64,000 nt of DNA, from positions 384,001 through 448,000 of the forward strand of contig OZ253449.1 of NCBI GenBank assembly GCA_965261345.1. The letters are read 5' to 3'. Below the pieces are notes generated by a model that worked only from the letters and a program-made list of their open reading frames with translations, searched no databases and had not been told where the DNA came from. Below are positions 14,906-24,947 of the stretch, one piece after another. Every line of letters starts with the position of its first letter. The first letter of the stretch is position 1. The translations under genes and the position numbers were made by a program. Source of the DNA: Chloroflexota bacterium (GTDB lineage Bacteria > Chloroflexota > UBA11872 > VXNJ01).

Positions 14906-16798
14906 CTAAGGATGTGAGAGCACCAACCGCGGAGAACACCCCGCAATTTGCTGCTCAATTCCGGATTCGATTTCAGTTTGCGAGAAGGGGCGCCCGTCAT
15001 ATTTGAGCACCCGCCGCTCGATGATCACCCCGGTAAGTTCGGCGATCAGTTGGCCCAATTGGCCGGTGAAGTTGTCTTCAATCAGGATCAAGTTCCGGGC
15101 CCGGCTCAGAATTTCCGCCACCGCCTTGGTGGGAAACGGCCTAAGCATCCGCAGCTGCAAATAATTGACCGCTATTCCCCGCCGGCCGAGCGAACCCTGG
15201 GCATCCAGGATTGCCCCCTTGGTAGACCCCCAGGCCACCACCGTGTATTCGGCGTCGGCTGGGCCGTGCAGGGTGAACTTGAGCTCATCTGGTACTTGGG
15301 CGCTGATGGTATCGAGCTTGCGCATGCGCTTTTCCATCTGTTGCATGCGGTTTTCGATGCTCTCGGAAATTTTTCCGTAGGTCGTGTGCTCGTCCGAAGT
15401 GGTAACGAACATTCCGCCCGGTTCGCCGGGCACGCTGCGGGCCGACACACCGGTTTCGGTGATCTGGTGTCGCTCGAACGGGCCCTGCTGACCGTTGGGA
15501 ACATAGCGCGGACCGGCGCGAACCTTGAGGTGATCAGTGCGCAGACCATCTACCGTCCAGTTGCTGTTGGAAAGGTGGCGATCCAGTAGCACAACCACCG
15601 GCAGCTGGTATTCGTCACCCCAATTGAAAGCCTCGAAGGTCAATTCGAAACATTCCTGCAGATCGCCGGGGGCAACCACGATGTGAGGAAATTCGCCGTG
15701 TCCGGGTTGAAGGGCCAGGCGAAGATCAGTCTGACCGCCGCGGGTCGGCAGACCGGTGGACGGCCCGCCTCGCTGATAGAGGCATATCACCGGCCCCGGC
15801 GTCTCGGTGATCGCTGCCAGTCCGATTCCCTCGCTCATGAGCGAGAAACCCGGTCCGGCGGTGGAGGTCGCCGCGCGGGCGCCGCCGTAGGCCGCGCCAA
15901 CCGCCTGGTTGATGCAAGCAATTTCGTCCTCGGCCTGGAGAACGACGATCGGGTATTCGGTCTGGATCTTTTCCAGGAACACCGACTCCTCGGTCGCCGG
16001 GGCGATTGGGTAATAGGTCTGGAAGGTGCAGCCGGCGTGCAGCTTGCCGAGCGCTACCGCTTCGGCCCCGCGCACCAATGCGCGGTGGGCGCCGCCATTG
16101 TTCTTAACCGGGACCAGGGACGGTCCAAACGGTTCCACAAGCAGCGATTGCATGTAGTCGTGGGTAACGTCGATCACCGCCGCGTTCAGCTCTACCAACT
16201 GCGCTCGGCGCTCGCCCAACCGCTCGCGCAGGATGTCAACGATCGATTCCGGGTCGAGGCCGATTAACGCAAATGAAGCGGCCACCGAAACCATGTTGCG
16301 CATGATATCATGCCGCCGGGCACTAAATTGGATCCCGGCGCGGGCCACCCCTTCACGCAATACCTGCTCGTAGGGCAGCGAGAAGAGGTGAATGTCGTCT
16401 CGCCCAAATTCCTCCGGGTCAATGTCCAGGGCCGAATCAACAATCAGGCCGCCGCCGGGTGAAATACGGTGCACGTGCCCGTTGTGGGTTCGATAAAGGG
16501 CGTCGACATCGCCAAAAATGGTCTCGCGGTCCAGCGCCAGCAGCAGGTCGACTGGCTCCACGTGCGAGGAAATCGGATTCTCGGAAACACGAACCCGAAA
16601 GAACGAGTGCCGCCCCATGATGTTGGAGTGGTATTCGATATTGGAAAAAACCTGTAGTCCGAAGCGGACGCAGGCCTTGGCAAATACCTCGGCCGAGACA
16701 TTGATCCCGCTGCCCTGAGGACCACCGATCATCCAGGACATACGGTTCTTATGGAAAGGGGTGCGGCTCACGTTGCCGATCGCTTCAGGAAACAACAC
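14906..16798 (-). CDS. korA: 2-oxoacid:ferredoxin oxidoreductase alpha subunit (gamma-alpha fused)
   Basis: GGPQGSGI, YYPIAPA, QAEDEIA, TAGPGFSLMSE, QRGGPSTGLPT, KYDGRPF. Confidence 0.93.
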   Translation of the reverse strand: MLFPEAIGNVSRTPFHKNRMSWMIGGPQGSGINVSAEVFAKACVRFGLQVFSNIEYHSNIMGRHSFFRVRVSENPISSHVEPVDLLLALDRETIFGDVDALYRTHNGHVHRISPGGGLIVDSALDIDPEEFGRDDIHLFSLPYEQVLREGVARAGIQFSARRHDIMRNMVSVAASFALIGLDPESIVDILRERLGERRAQLVELNAAVIDVTHDYMQSLLVEPFGPSLVPVKNNGGAHRALVRGAEAVALGKLHAGCTFQTYYPIAPATEESVFLEKIQTEYPIVVLQAEDEIACINQAVGAAYGGARAATSTAGPGFSLMSEGIGLAAITETPGPVICLYQRGGPSTGLPTRGGQTDLRLALQPGHGEFPHIVVAPGDLQECFELTFEAFNWGDEYQLPVVVLLDRHLSNSNWTVDGLRTDHLKVRAGPRYVPNGQQGPFERHQITETGVSARSVPGEPGGMFVTTSDEHTTYGKISESIENRMQQMEKRMRKLDTISAQVPDELKFTLHGPADAEYTVVAWGSTKGAILDAQGSLGRRGIAVNYLQLRMLRPFPTKAVAEILSRARNLILIEDNFTGQLGQLIAELTGVIIERRVLKYDGRPFSQTEIESGIEQQIAGCSPRLVLSHP

Positions 16799-16954
16799 TG
16801 GTCCCTGTGGATAGATGTGCCAACGCAGATATTACAGCGTATGCAATTTACCGGTTAGCATCACAACAAGACTATCCTAAATCGCCGTTGCGCGGGCAGC
16901 TGCAACACAGATTTTTTAACGTCGCGAACGCATTCTAGAAGAAGTCGATGTCGC

Positions 16955-17314
16955 TTGCCGAATTCACCAAGAATTGTCGAAAAACCATGGGGTCGTGAAG
17001 TCATTTTTGCCGATTGCGAACTCTACTTGGGCAAGGTGATTGAGATCAATTCCGGCGCCCGCCTGAGTCTGCAATATCACCGTCACAAGGATGAGACGGT
17101 TTACGTCGATTCTGGGCGGGTGGCAACCCGCCTGGCCAAAATTCCGGGCGAGGAGGGGGAACAGGTAATCCTTAACCCGGGCGACTGCCTGCGGTTAACG
17201 CCGGGCACCATACACCGGTTCGCGGCACTGGGCGGCCCGGCCCGGATCCTGGAGGTCTCAACTCCCCACCCCGACGATACGGTCCGCCTGCAAGACGACT
17301 TTGGGCGCGATTAA
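16955..17314 (+). CDS. Cupin domain protein (mannose-6-phosphate isomerase-like)
   Basis: EKPWG, RLSLQYH..KDET, HRF, LEVSTP..D.VRL.D. Confidence 0.88.
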   Translation: MPNSPRIVEKPWGREVIFADCELYLGKVIEINSGARLSLQYHRHKDETVYVDSGRVATRLAKIPGEEGEQVILNPGDCLRLTPGTIHRFAALGGPARILEVSTPHPDDTVRLQDDFGRD

Positions 17315-17403
17315 TGCCGACCCGAATTAGACATTTTCAATTCCCCGGTAACTAGTATCGAAAATGAGATTGAAAGACCGTTTCTTACCGCAAGGGGGAC
17401 TAG

Positions 17404-18168
17404 ATGACGGTGAACGCGACCAAGGCGATCTTAGCCGCGGGCAAACCGGCGATCGGGTGCTCACTTAGCTACGGAAGCGAACTGGCGGCCGGCCAGATGT
17501 CACAGGCCGGATACGACTGGGTCATGCTCGACCAACAGCACGGGTATTGGAACGAACACAACCTCCGCACCGGGTTCCTGGCGGTCATCCAGGGGGGCGC
17601 CACCCCGGTCACTCGGGTGTTGTCTAACCGCTACGACCTGATCAACAAGGCCCTTGAATCGGGTGCCCTGGGCCTGGTAATTCCCATGGTAAATTCAGTC
17701 GACGAAGCGGCCGCCGCATCAGCGGCCGCCCACTATCCGCCGCGCGGAACCCGGTCCAACGCTGGGCCCTACATGACGACAACCTTCGCTCCCAACTACA
17801 CAAGTTGGATTGACGACGAGGTTTTCCTGGCGGTTCAGATCGAATCGCAAGCGGCAGTCGACAACGCCGAGGCAATTCTGAGCGTTGAAGGCGTCGACGG
17901 TTGCTGGGTCGGACCGTCAGACCTGGCGCTTGACATGGGTCTGAAGGTTTCGGACATGGGCAACCATCCACGCCACGACGCCGCGGTGGCCCACGTGGCC
18001 GCGGTGTGCAAAAAACTCGGCAAGGCCGCCGGCTATGCGTGTTCCACCCCAGAAATGGGGCGGCGGCGGATCGCCGAGGGTTTCACCTTCGTCAACATCG
18101 GTTCGGATTCCGGCTTTATCGTCGACGGCAGCGCGGCGGTGCTGGCCGAATTTAAGCCCGGATCCTAG
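17404..18168 (+). CDS. HpcH/HpaI class II aldolase family protein
   Basis: LDQQHG, YPPRGTR, QIES, VGPSDL; GGGGGA RBS. Confidence 0.9.
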   Translation: MTVNATKAILAAGKPAIGCSLSYGSELAAGQMSQAGYDWVMLDQQHGYWNEHNLRTGFLAVIQGGATPVTRVLSNRYDLINKALESGALGLVIPMVNSVDEAAAASAAAHYPPRGTRSNAGPYMTTTFAPNYTSWIDDEVFLAVQIESQAAVDNAEAILSVEGVDGCWVGPSDLALDMGLKVSDMGNHPRHDAAVAHVAAVCKKLGKAAGYACSTPEMGRRRIAEGFTFVNIGSDSGFIVDGSAAVLAEFKPGS

Positions 18169-18197
18169 CACCCGACCCGCGCGCCGCAACTTAATCG

Positions 18198-19001
18198 ATG
18201 GACCTGCAGCTGGCCGGACGGGCCGCTCTCATTACCGGTGGGAGTGCCGGCCTGGGACGGGCGATGGCCTTGGCGCTGGCCGGCGAAGGGTGCCACGTGG
18301 CGATCGCGGCCCGCACCCGGGCCCGCTTGGACGCAACGGTCGCCGAACTCTCCGGCCTGGGGGTCGAAGCGATTGGGATCGCCTGCGACGTTACCCAACC
18401 AGACCAGATTCAATCGGCTGTCGAAGAGGCCGCCACCGAATTGGGCCGGCTCGATATTGTGATCGCCAATGCCGGCGGGCAACAGCGGCCGGGGTTGCTC
18501 GAATCAACCGACGCCGATTGGCAGTTCACGCTCGATATCAACCTGTTGCACGCGGTGCGACTGGTCCGTGCAGCGGTACCCAGACTGGCCGAATCGGGCG
18601 CCGGCGCGGTGCTCATTACCGCCTCAATCACCGGTGCCCGGGTCCAGGTTCCAGCCCAGTACGGCACCGCCAAAGCCGCCCAGATCTACCTGGCTGCCGC
18701 CCTCGCCCGCGAACTAGCCCAGTACGGCATCCGGGTTAACGCGATCGCCCCGGGGTCGATTGAATTTCCCAGCGGTAGCTGGGGTCGGCGGCGACGCGAG
18801 ACGCCCGAGGCGATGGAACGCTTCTCGCGCGAGCAATTTCCATTCAAGCGGCTGGGGCGCCCGCAGGAAATCGGAAGCGTGGCGGCATTCCTCTGTTCGC
18901 CCCGATCCAGCTGGATCAGCGGCGAATGCGTGGTGGTCGATGGCGGGCAGTTCAATGCCGGGATGTGGTCGCCGGCCGATCTGCCGGGCCCCGGGAGCTG
19001 A
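18198..19001 (+). CDS. Short-chain dehydrogenase/reductase
   Basis: TGGSAGLG, NAGG, YGTAK, VNAIAPG, VDGG. Confidence 0.92.
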   Translation: MDLQLAGRAALITGGSAGLGRAMALALAGEGCHVAIAARTRARLDATVAELSGLGVEAIGIACDVTQPDQIQSAVEEAATELGRLDIVIANAGGQQRPGLLESTDADWQFTLDINLLHAVRLVRAAVPRLAESGAGAVLITASITGARVQVPAQYGTAKAAQIYLAAALARELAQYGIRVNAIAPGSIEFPSGSWGRRRRETPEAMERFSREQFPFKRLGRPQEIGSVAAFLCSPRSSWISGECVVVDGGQFNAGMWSPADLPGPGS

Positions 19002-19052
19002 CCGACCTCGGGCGGGCACCGGACCGGGCCCACCCACCGCCGTTCTGACCGC

Positions 19053-19853
19053 CTAGGCGGCTTCGATCATGTCGCGCAGGGCCTTGCCTTCGGTTGCCCA
19101 AAAATCCCTTAGCACATACATGTCGCCGCTCAGACTGAAGTGCCGGATTCCCATCTCAAGATAGGGCGCGGCCGCCTGGGGAGTGGAAATCTCTACCCGC
19201 GGGGTGACCCCCATTTTCATCGAGGTCTCGATGCTGTAGAGCTCGGCCTTTTTCACCGCGTCCGAGGATCGCCCGGCATAGTTGCCGCTGTTCATTGAAA
19301 AGTCGGTCGGCCCGAACTGGGTCATATCCAGGCCCGGAACCGCCAGCACCGCTTCCAAGTCGTCGACACAGGCCTTTTTCTCGACCATGATCATCACCAC
19401 CGCCTGGTTGGTTTTCTCCACGTAACCGGCAACGTCGAATCCATAACCCCAACGGTTGTCGCGGGTGGCGCCCATCCCGCGCAAGCCGGTTTGACCGGCC
19501 GCATCGGCCCGAACCGACGCGACCGCCTCGCGGGCATCCTCGACTCCGCGCACGTCGGAGAAGAGAAAGTTCTCGATTCCCGCCCCGGCGGCGCGAATTG
19601 CAAGGTAAGGGCGGGGCATCTGGTCCATCTTGATAAGCGAGCTCATGTGCGGGAAAAGGTCGATCGCCCGCGCAAAATTCTCCAGCGCGAAATTGTCGAA
19701 TGGGCCGTATTCAGATACGAATTCAACGTAGTCGATCTGCCCGGTCCAGCCGATCGTTTCGGCGATCCCGGCCCAGACTGAAGAAACCCGACAGCCGATC
19801 GTCGGTTCGCCGGCGTCCAGCTTCTGCCTAAATACGTTGTTATGGTCTGCCAT
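19053..19853 (-). CDS. Divergent HpcH/HpaI aldolase family protein
   Basis: MVEK, QFGPTDF and overall layout; start set at ATG 19853. Confidence 0.8.
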   Translation of the reverse strand: MADHNNVFRQKLDAGEPTIGCRVSSVWAGIAETIGWTGQIDYVEFVSEYGPFDNFALENFARAIDLFPHMSSLIKMDQMPRPYLAIRAAGAGIENFLFSDVRGVEDAREAVASVRADAAGQTGLRGMGATRDNRWGYGFDVAGYVEKTNQAVVMIMVEKKACVDDLEAVLAVPGLDMTQFGPTDFSMNSGNYAGRSSDAVKKAELYSIETSMKMGVTPRVEISTPQAAAPYLEMGIRHFSLSGDMYVLRDFWATEGKALRDMIEAA

Positions 19854-20032
19854 TGCAATGGTCTCGGTTCGGGTGGGCGCGAGTTCATTTCGATGCCGCC
19901 GTTTACCCCGGCGGGCGTGGCAATTATCACTTGGGGCCATTTCCAAGAAATCGCAACCCTCTTGACCAAGTTAAATTTCAGTGTCGATCACGCAGCACTG
20001 CCGCAGGGCAATTTCGGGAGTTAATCAGTCCA

Positions 20033-20716
20033 ATGTCGATGCAGATGCGGTCCTGGCTGGCCGAACTTATTGGAACCTTCATATTGGTGCTCGGCGCCGC
20101 CGGTTCGGCCGCGGTGGTGGGTGATGAACTCGGTGGTAGCGCGACCTTTCTGGTCGCGGTACTAGGTTCGGCGTTTGCGCTCTCGGTTGGGATCTACGCT
20201 TTTTACGACATTTCCGGGGCGCAATTTAATCCGGCGGTAACGGTAGCCTTGTTTGCGCTCGGCAAAATCTCGGTCGTTGCCGGTGTAGGCAACGTCATCG
20301 CCCAGCTGATCGGCGCAATCGTGGCGGCCGCTATCCTGGCGCTGACAATCCCACTCGGCCCGAGCAATTACGGTCTTACCACGGTAGCCTTTGGCACCGA
20401 ACCCTGGCAGGCCCTTGTCCTGGAGGCGGTGGCCACCTTCATCCTGGTGCACACCATCCTATTTGTTGCGGTCCGCTACCAGCTCAGCCAGGCAATCGCC
20501 GCGCTGGCCATTCCCACCGCCCTGGCGACCGGGTTGATCATTTCCGGAACCCTGACCGGCGGTTCGCTCAACCCCGCCCGCACCCTGGGTCCGGCCCTTC
20601 TCAGCGGGCAATTTGGTGATCACTGGGTCTATTGGGCGGGCCCACTTGCCGGCGCCCTGCTGGCCGCCGTTGTATTTAAGGTCTTAACGCTCGGCGATCA
20701 CGTCAACCAAGGCTAA
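20033..20716 (+). CDS. MIP family channel (aquaporin Z-like)
   Basis: AELIGTF, FNPAVT, SLNPART, WVYWAGP. Confidence 0.93.
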   Translation: MSMQMRSWLAELIGTFILVLGAAGSAAVVGDELGGSATFLVAVLGSAFALSVGIYAFYDISGAQFNPAVTVALFALGKISVVAGVGNVIAQLIGAIVAAAILALTIPLGPSNYGLTTVAFGTEPWQALVLEAVATFILVHTILFVAVRYQLSQAIAALAIPTALATGLIISGTLTGGSLNPARTLGPALLSGQFGDHWVYWAGPLAGALLAAVVFKVLTLGDHVNQG

Positions 20717-20762
20717 GCGGCAAAACCGCAGGCGCCTCGGATAACCCTTCGTCGGCCAGTCG

Positions 20763-21878
20763 CTAACCATTGGCCGCAACCTCCCTTTCGCGTTGGCGTT
20801 CCTTAACCAGATCGTCGATTCCCGCAGTCAAGTGCGAGAAGAACTGATCCTCATCCAGGGTCTCCACGATCTCGCCCTTGGCAAAAATCACCCCGCGGCC
20901 GCGGCCGCCGGCCAGTCCGATGTCAGCATCCCGAGCCTCACCGGGCCCGTTTACCACGCAGCCCATGACCGCAACCTTTAGCGGTTCGTCGATCGATCCC
21001 AGGTGGTTTTCAATCCTTTCAACCAAATCGAAAAGTTCGATCTCGCAACGTCCGCACGAAGGGCAGGAGACCAAGGTCGTCCCTTGCGAGTGCAATTCGA
21101 GGCTCTTGAGAATTTCGTAGGCAACCGGAACCTCGGCCTCGGGTTCGGCGGTAAGCGAAACCCGGATCGTATCGCCGATCCCCTCGTAGAGCAGCATGCC
21201 GATCCCGATCGCCGAACGGATGCTGCCCGATCGCGGAGTGCCCGCTTCGGTTATCCCAAGGTGGAGCGGGTATGGGATCTGGTCGGCGATCAGCCGGTAG
21301 GCCCGCACCATTGGATCAATATCGAACGCTTTGAGCGAAATTTTCATCATCTCAAAGTTCTCGTCTTCGAGAATTCGAACGTGGGTTAATGCGTGGGCGA
21401 CCATCGCCTCGGCCAGTGCCTGACCCTGCTTGGGGCGCCCGTCGGGGGTCCGGTTCTCGGGAATCGATCCGGCGTTAACCCCGATTCGGATCGGGATATC
21501 GCGCTGTTTGCAGGCCGCAACAACGGCCCGCACTCGGTCGCGGTTTCCGATATTTCCGGGATTGATGCGCAAGCCGTCGATATTGGCTTCCGCCGCCAAC
21601 AAGGCAAGCCGGTGGTCGAAGTGGATATCGGCGATCAGTGGGACCGGGCTGGCCTTGATGATCGCCGGCAGGGCGAGGCCTGCCTCACGATCGGGTACCG
21701 CCACTCGCACGATCTGGCACCCCAGTTCGGCCAAACGGGCGATCTGAGCACCGGTTGCCTCAATATCGCCGGTGTTGGTGGTACTCATTGACTGGACCAC
21801 CACTGGTCCTCCGCCGCCAATACGCACATCGCCAACGTGGACCGGGATCGACGTTCGCCGCCTAAGTATGTCTGCCAT
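20763..21878 (-). CDS. ispG: 4-hydroxy-3-methylbut-2-en-1-yl diphosphate synthase
   Basis: VQSM, ADIHFD, RINPGN, HLGITEAG, SCPSCGR, MGCVVNGPGE. Confidence 0.97.
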   Translation of the reverse strand: MADILRRRTSIPVHVGDVRIGGGGPVVVQSMSTTNTGDIEATGAQIARLAELGCQIVRVAVPDREAGLALPAIIKASPVPLIADIHFDHRLALLAAEANIDGLRINPGNIGNRDRVRAVVAACKQRDIPIRIGVNAGSIPENRTPDGRPKQGQALAEAMVAHALTHVRILEDENFEMMKISLKAFDIDPMVRAYRLIADQIPYPLHLGITEAGTPRSGSIRSAIGIGMLLYEGIGDTIRVSLTAEPEAEVPVAYEILKSLELHSQGTTLVSCPSCGRCEIELFDLVERIENHLGSIDEPLKVAVMGCVVNGPGEARDADIGLAGGRGRGVIFAKGEIVETLDEDQFFSHLTAGIDDLVKERQREREVAANG

Positions 21879-21884
21879 GGACCA

Positions 21885-21897
21885 TTGACACTGTCAA
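21885..21897. promoter_or_regulatory. Perfect palindrome TTGACA-C-TGTCAA just upstream of ispG
   Basis: Seen directly; 6 nt separate it from the ispG ATG. Confidence 0.35.
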
Positions 21898-21922
21898 ACC
21901 GGCCGGCGCGGGGATATGGCAG

Positions 21923-22966
21923 TCAAGGCGCTACGCCGGTTATGCGCGAGATATCGGATGCAGTAACCGCCACCACAAGTATGACCAATATCGCCATTGA
22001 AACTATTTGCAAAGCCCGTTCGGTGTCCTGCGAAATGCGTCGGCCGCGCAGGGATTCGATTCCAATCAACACCATCCGCCCGCCATCGAGCACCGGCCAC
22101 GGCAGCAGGTTGAAAAGCGCCACCTGAATCGAGATCGAGGCGGCCAACCCGAGCACCACCCCGAGACCGAAATTGGCGGCCTGGCCAAAGGATTCAACTA
22201 TACCGATTACTCCGGTCACGTTCAATTCGCCCTGTCCGGTGAGTGCACCGGCGGTAAAGCGCGGCAGCAGGGTGGCTGCCTCGACTGAGTATTGGACCGC
22301 CAACCCAAGGGCGTCCGGCGGCGACTGACCGCCAAACCGGTAATTGATCCGCAGCCCCAGCGGGCCCTCGCCGCTGGGTGGATCGACCCGCGGCGTGAGC
22401 TCGGCCCGCAAGCGGGACCCGGACCGTTCAATTTCCAATTCGATCAGCCGGCCGGCTGATGAAGTGGTAAGCGCGTATACGTCCTCGGGCAGGATATCGA
22501 TCCGGTCGTTTAGGCCTACGATCACGTCACCCGGGCGCAGCCCGGCCGAGTCGGCCGGGCTACCGGCGACCACCGCGGTGATCTGGGTTCCGATCGGGGC
22601 GTAGATCATCGCCGAAACCCAGAACAGCAGGAATCCGACCAGGAAATTCATCGCGGGTCCGGCGGATAGGATTGCCAGGCGAGTACTTACGGGTTCACCC
22701 GAAAAGCTGCCCGGACCGGAATCGCGGCCATCCTCGCCCTGCAACCGTACGTAGCCACCGATGGGCAGCCAGTTGAGCCTGAATTCGGTGCCCGCCAGTT
22801 TTCGGGCTGCCAGTCGCGGTGGAAATCCGACCGCAAATTCCTTCACTCCCACGCCCAGTTTGCGGGCCGCTGCAAAATGCCCGAATTCGTGGGCTACCAC
22901 CAGCAGGGTAAGCGTCCCCAACCCCACACCGATCGAGAGAGGCAACGCCAGGAAATTCAGGTCCAT
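21923..22966 (-). CDS. rseP: RIP metalloprotease RseP (M50 with PDZ domain)
   Basis: HEFGH, PIGGYV, AGPAMN, PDZ segment, FNLLPWPVLDGG. Confidence 0.93.
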   Translation of the reverse strand: MDLNFLALPLSIGVGLGTLTLLVVAHEFGHFAAARKLGVGVKEFAVGFPPRLAARKLAGTEFRLNWLPIGGYVRLQGEDGRDSGPGSFSGEPVSTRLAILSAGPAMNFLVGFLLFWVSAMIYAPIGTQITAVVAGSPADSAGLRPGDVIVGLNDRIDILPEDVYALTTSSAGRLIELEIERSGSRLRAELTPRVDPPSGEGPLGLRINYRFGGQSPPDALGLAVQYSVEAATLLPRFTAGALTGQGELNVTGVIGIVESFGQAANFGLGVVLGLAASISIQVALFNLLPWPVLDGGRMVLIGIESLRGRRISQDTERALQIVSMAILVILVVAVTASDISRITGVAP

Positions 22967-22984
22967 TTGCTTATCGGGATGACT

Positions 22985-24142
22985 CTAGAGAGTCCTGATG
23001 CATTCCTCGGCGGCCGAAAATCCGAGCCGGTGAAATTCCGGGACATCGGCGATCTGGCGCAGGTGCTCGCGTGGCGTCCGCTCGATCGCGCCCAAGACGA
23101 CCTGAGCAATTTGGTCGAATCGGATTTCGCCCCGCAGGAATGCTGCCACCGCGGCGTCGTCGGCCCCCACCAGCACCGCCGGCCCGCTGCCGCCACCGCG
23201 GCCAACCTGACGACAGAGCCCTAGCAACGGAAACCGCTCGTCGTCGGGACGGAAAAATTCCAGGCCGGCAAGGGCCGCCAAATCCAATTTGTCGACCAGT
23301 CCGCCCAGATCTAGGCGGTCATAGTGACCCAGCGCACAGGCGATCGGAATTCGCATGTCGGGCGGGCCAAGCTGAGCCTTGCAGGACCCATCTACGAATT
23401 CAACCAGCGAATGCACGACGCTCTGCGGATGAACAAGCACGGCGATCTTGTCCAAGTCCACCGCAAAAAGATGACCGGCCTCGATTACTTCTAACCCCTT
23501 GTTCATCAGGGTGGCTGAGTCAACGGTAATCTTGGGCCCCATTTGCCAGGTCGGATGGGCCAGAGCGTCGTCCAGGGTAATCTCGGAAAATCGCTCGGCT
23601 GGCAGCGTCCGAAACGGACCGCCTGAGGCCGTAAGGATAATCCGGGCAACGCTGGCGCTGCCCTCGCCCCACAGGCACTGCCAGATCGCCGAGTGTTCGC
23701 TGTCAACCGGGCGAATCGTGACCCCGTGGCGGGCGGCATGTCCCATCAGCAACTGGCCGGCCATAACCAGCAGCTCCTTGCTGGCCAGGGCGATGTCGGC
23801 GCCGGCTTCGATCGCGGCCACGGTCGGCGCGAAACCGGCCGCCCCTACCGTCGCGGCGAGAACTAGATCAGCGCCTGAACGGGCCGCGATTGCAACCAGG
23901 CCATCGGGTCCGCTGAGAATTTCAATCCCGTCGACATGCTCAGGTGGCGCACTGGCGTTGCCCAGGGCAACGCGTTCTACGCCATGCCGACGGGCCTGGG
24001 CAAGCAGCCGCGCGCGGTTGGAACCGGCGGCCAGACCGACGACTTCGAATCGATCAGGACGGGCCGCCACGACCTCTAAGGCCTGACACCCGATCGATCC
24101 GGTGCTGCCCAGGATAGCCAGCTTAATTGGAGCGCAGCTCAA
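22985..24142 (-). CDS. dxr: 1-deoxy-D-xylulose-5-phosphate reductoisomerase
   Basis: LGSTGSIG, PVDSEHSA, TASGGPF, HPTWQMG.KITVDSATLMNKGLE. Confidence 0.97.
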   Translation of the reverse strand: MSCAPIKLAILGSTGSIGCQALEVVAARPDRFEVVGLAAGSNRARLLAQARRHGVERVALGNASAPPEHVDGIEILSGPDGLVAIAARSGADLVLAATVGAAGFAPTVAAIEAGADIALASKELLVMAGQLLMGHAARHGVTIRPVDSEHSAIWQCLWGEGSASVARIILTASGGPFRTLPAERFSEITLDDALAHPTWQMGPKITVDSATLMNKGLEVIEAGHLFAVDLDKIAVLVHPQSVVHSLVEFVDGSCKAQLGPPDMRIPIACALGHYDRLDLGGLVDKLDLAALAGLEFFRPDDERFPLLGLCRQVGRGGGSGPAVLVGADDAAVAAFLRGEIRFDQIAQVVLGAIERTPREHLRQIADVPEFHRLGFSAAEECIRTL

Positions 24143-24927
24143 AGGCGGCCGCTCGCCAACAGGAGCACCGCGGCGACCGGAAACGCCAGGGTAAAGCTGT
24201 CAATGCGGTCTAGCAGCCCGCCGTGACCAGGAATCAGAAACCCGGAATCCTTCGCCCCGACCGAACGTTTGAGAGCGCTCTCGGCCAAATCGCCGACCTG
24301 GCCCAAAAGTCCGACCGCCCCGCCGATTAACGCCAGCACCAGCGCGGGAAGATCGATCCAGAGCGCAAACAACGCCCCGGCCGCCAGAGCACCGGCCAGA
24401 CCGCCAAGGAGGCCCTCCCAAGTTTTGCCCGGCGAGATGGTCGGGGCCAAGGTTTTCCGGCCAACCGACCGCCCCACCGCGAATGCGCAGCTGTCAAAGG
24501 CGAACACGCTCGCCACCACCAACAGAAGCAATATCCTGCCATCCGGAGCGGCGGCGATCAGAAGTCCACAGAGCATCGGCGGTCCCAGGTAAGCTGCCGC
24601 CAGCGCGACCACCCCCAATCCGGCCAGTTGGTCGGGCGGGCGGACGAGCAGCAATTCCCAGACGATTGCGGCCATCAGCAGCAGCGCGGTGGCAGAGAGC
24701 GCGATAGGCCAATACTGCCCCAGTTCGACGCCACCGGCAACGAGCGCCCAGATCGCCAACAACAACACCGGCCACACCCGCCGCCGCCGCGGCCCACCGC
24801 GATCGAGCATCCCGACTATTTCGACCGCCCCAATGGCAAAAGCGCCAAGCGCCAGACCTATGGTCCAATACCCGCCCAGCCAAATCAATGCGATGGCAAC
24901 CGGGGCCAGCACCGCGGCGCTGGCCAA
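24139..24927 (-). CDS. cdsA: Phosphatidate cytidylyltransferase
   Basis: ISPGKTWEG, GDLAES.LKR, KDSG..IPGHGG.LDRIDS; true start may be a few codons upstream. Confidence 0.93.
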   Translation of the reverse strand: MASAAVLAPVAIALIWLGGYWTIGLALGAFAIGAVEIVGMLDRGGPRRRRVWPVLLLAIWALVAGGVELGQYWPIALSATALLLMAAIVWELLLVRPPDQLAGLGVVALAAAYLGPPMLCGLLIAAAPDGRILLLLVVASVFAFDSCAFAVGRSVGRKTLAPTISPGKTWEGLLGGLAGALAAGALFALWIDLPALVLALIGGAVGLLGQVGDLAESALKRSVGAKDSGFLIPGHGGLLDRIDSFTLAFPVAAVLLLASGRL

Positions 24928-24947
24928 TCGCCGGACCAGATTGCCTC

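Noticed and set aside
16799-16954. AT-rich korA/cupin intergenic region as a Rex/FNR site
   Set aside because: Only a TCACAA half-site is visible; no convincing palindrome.
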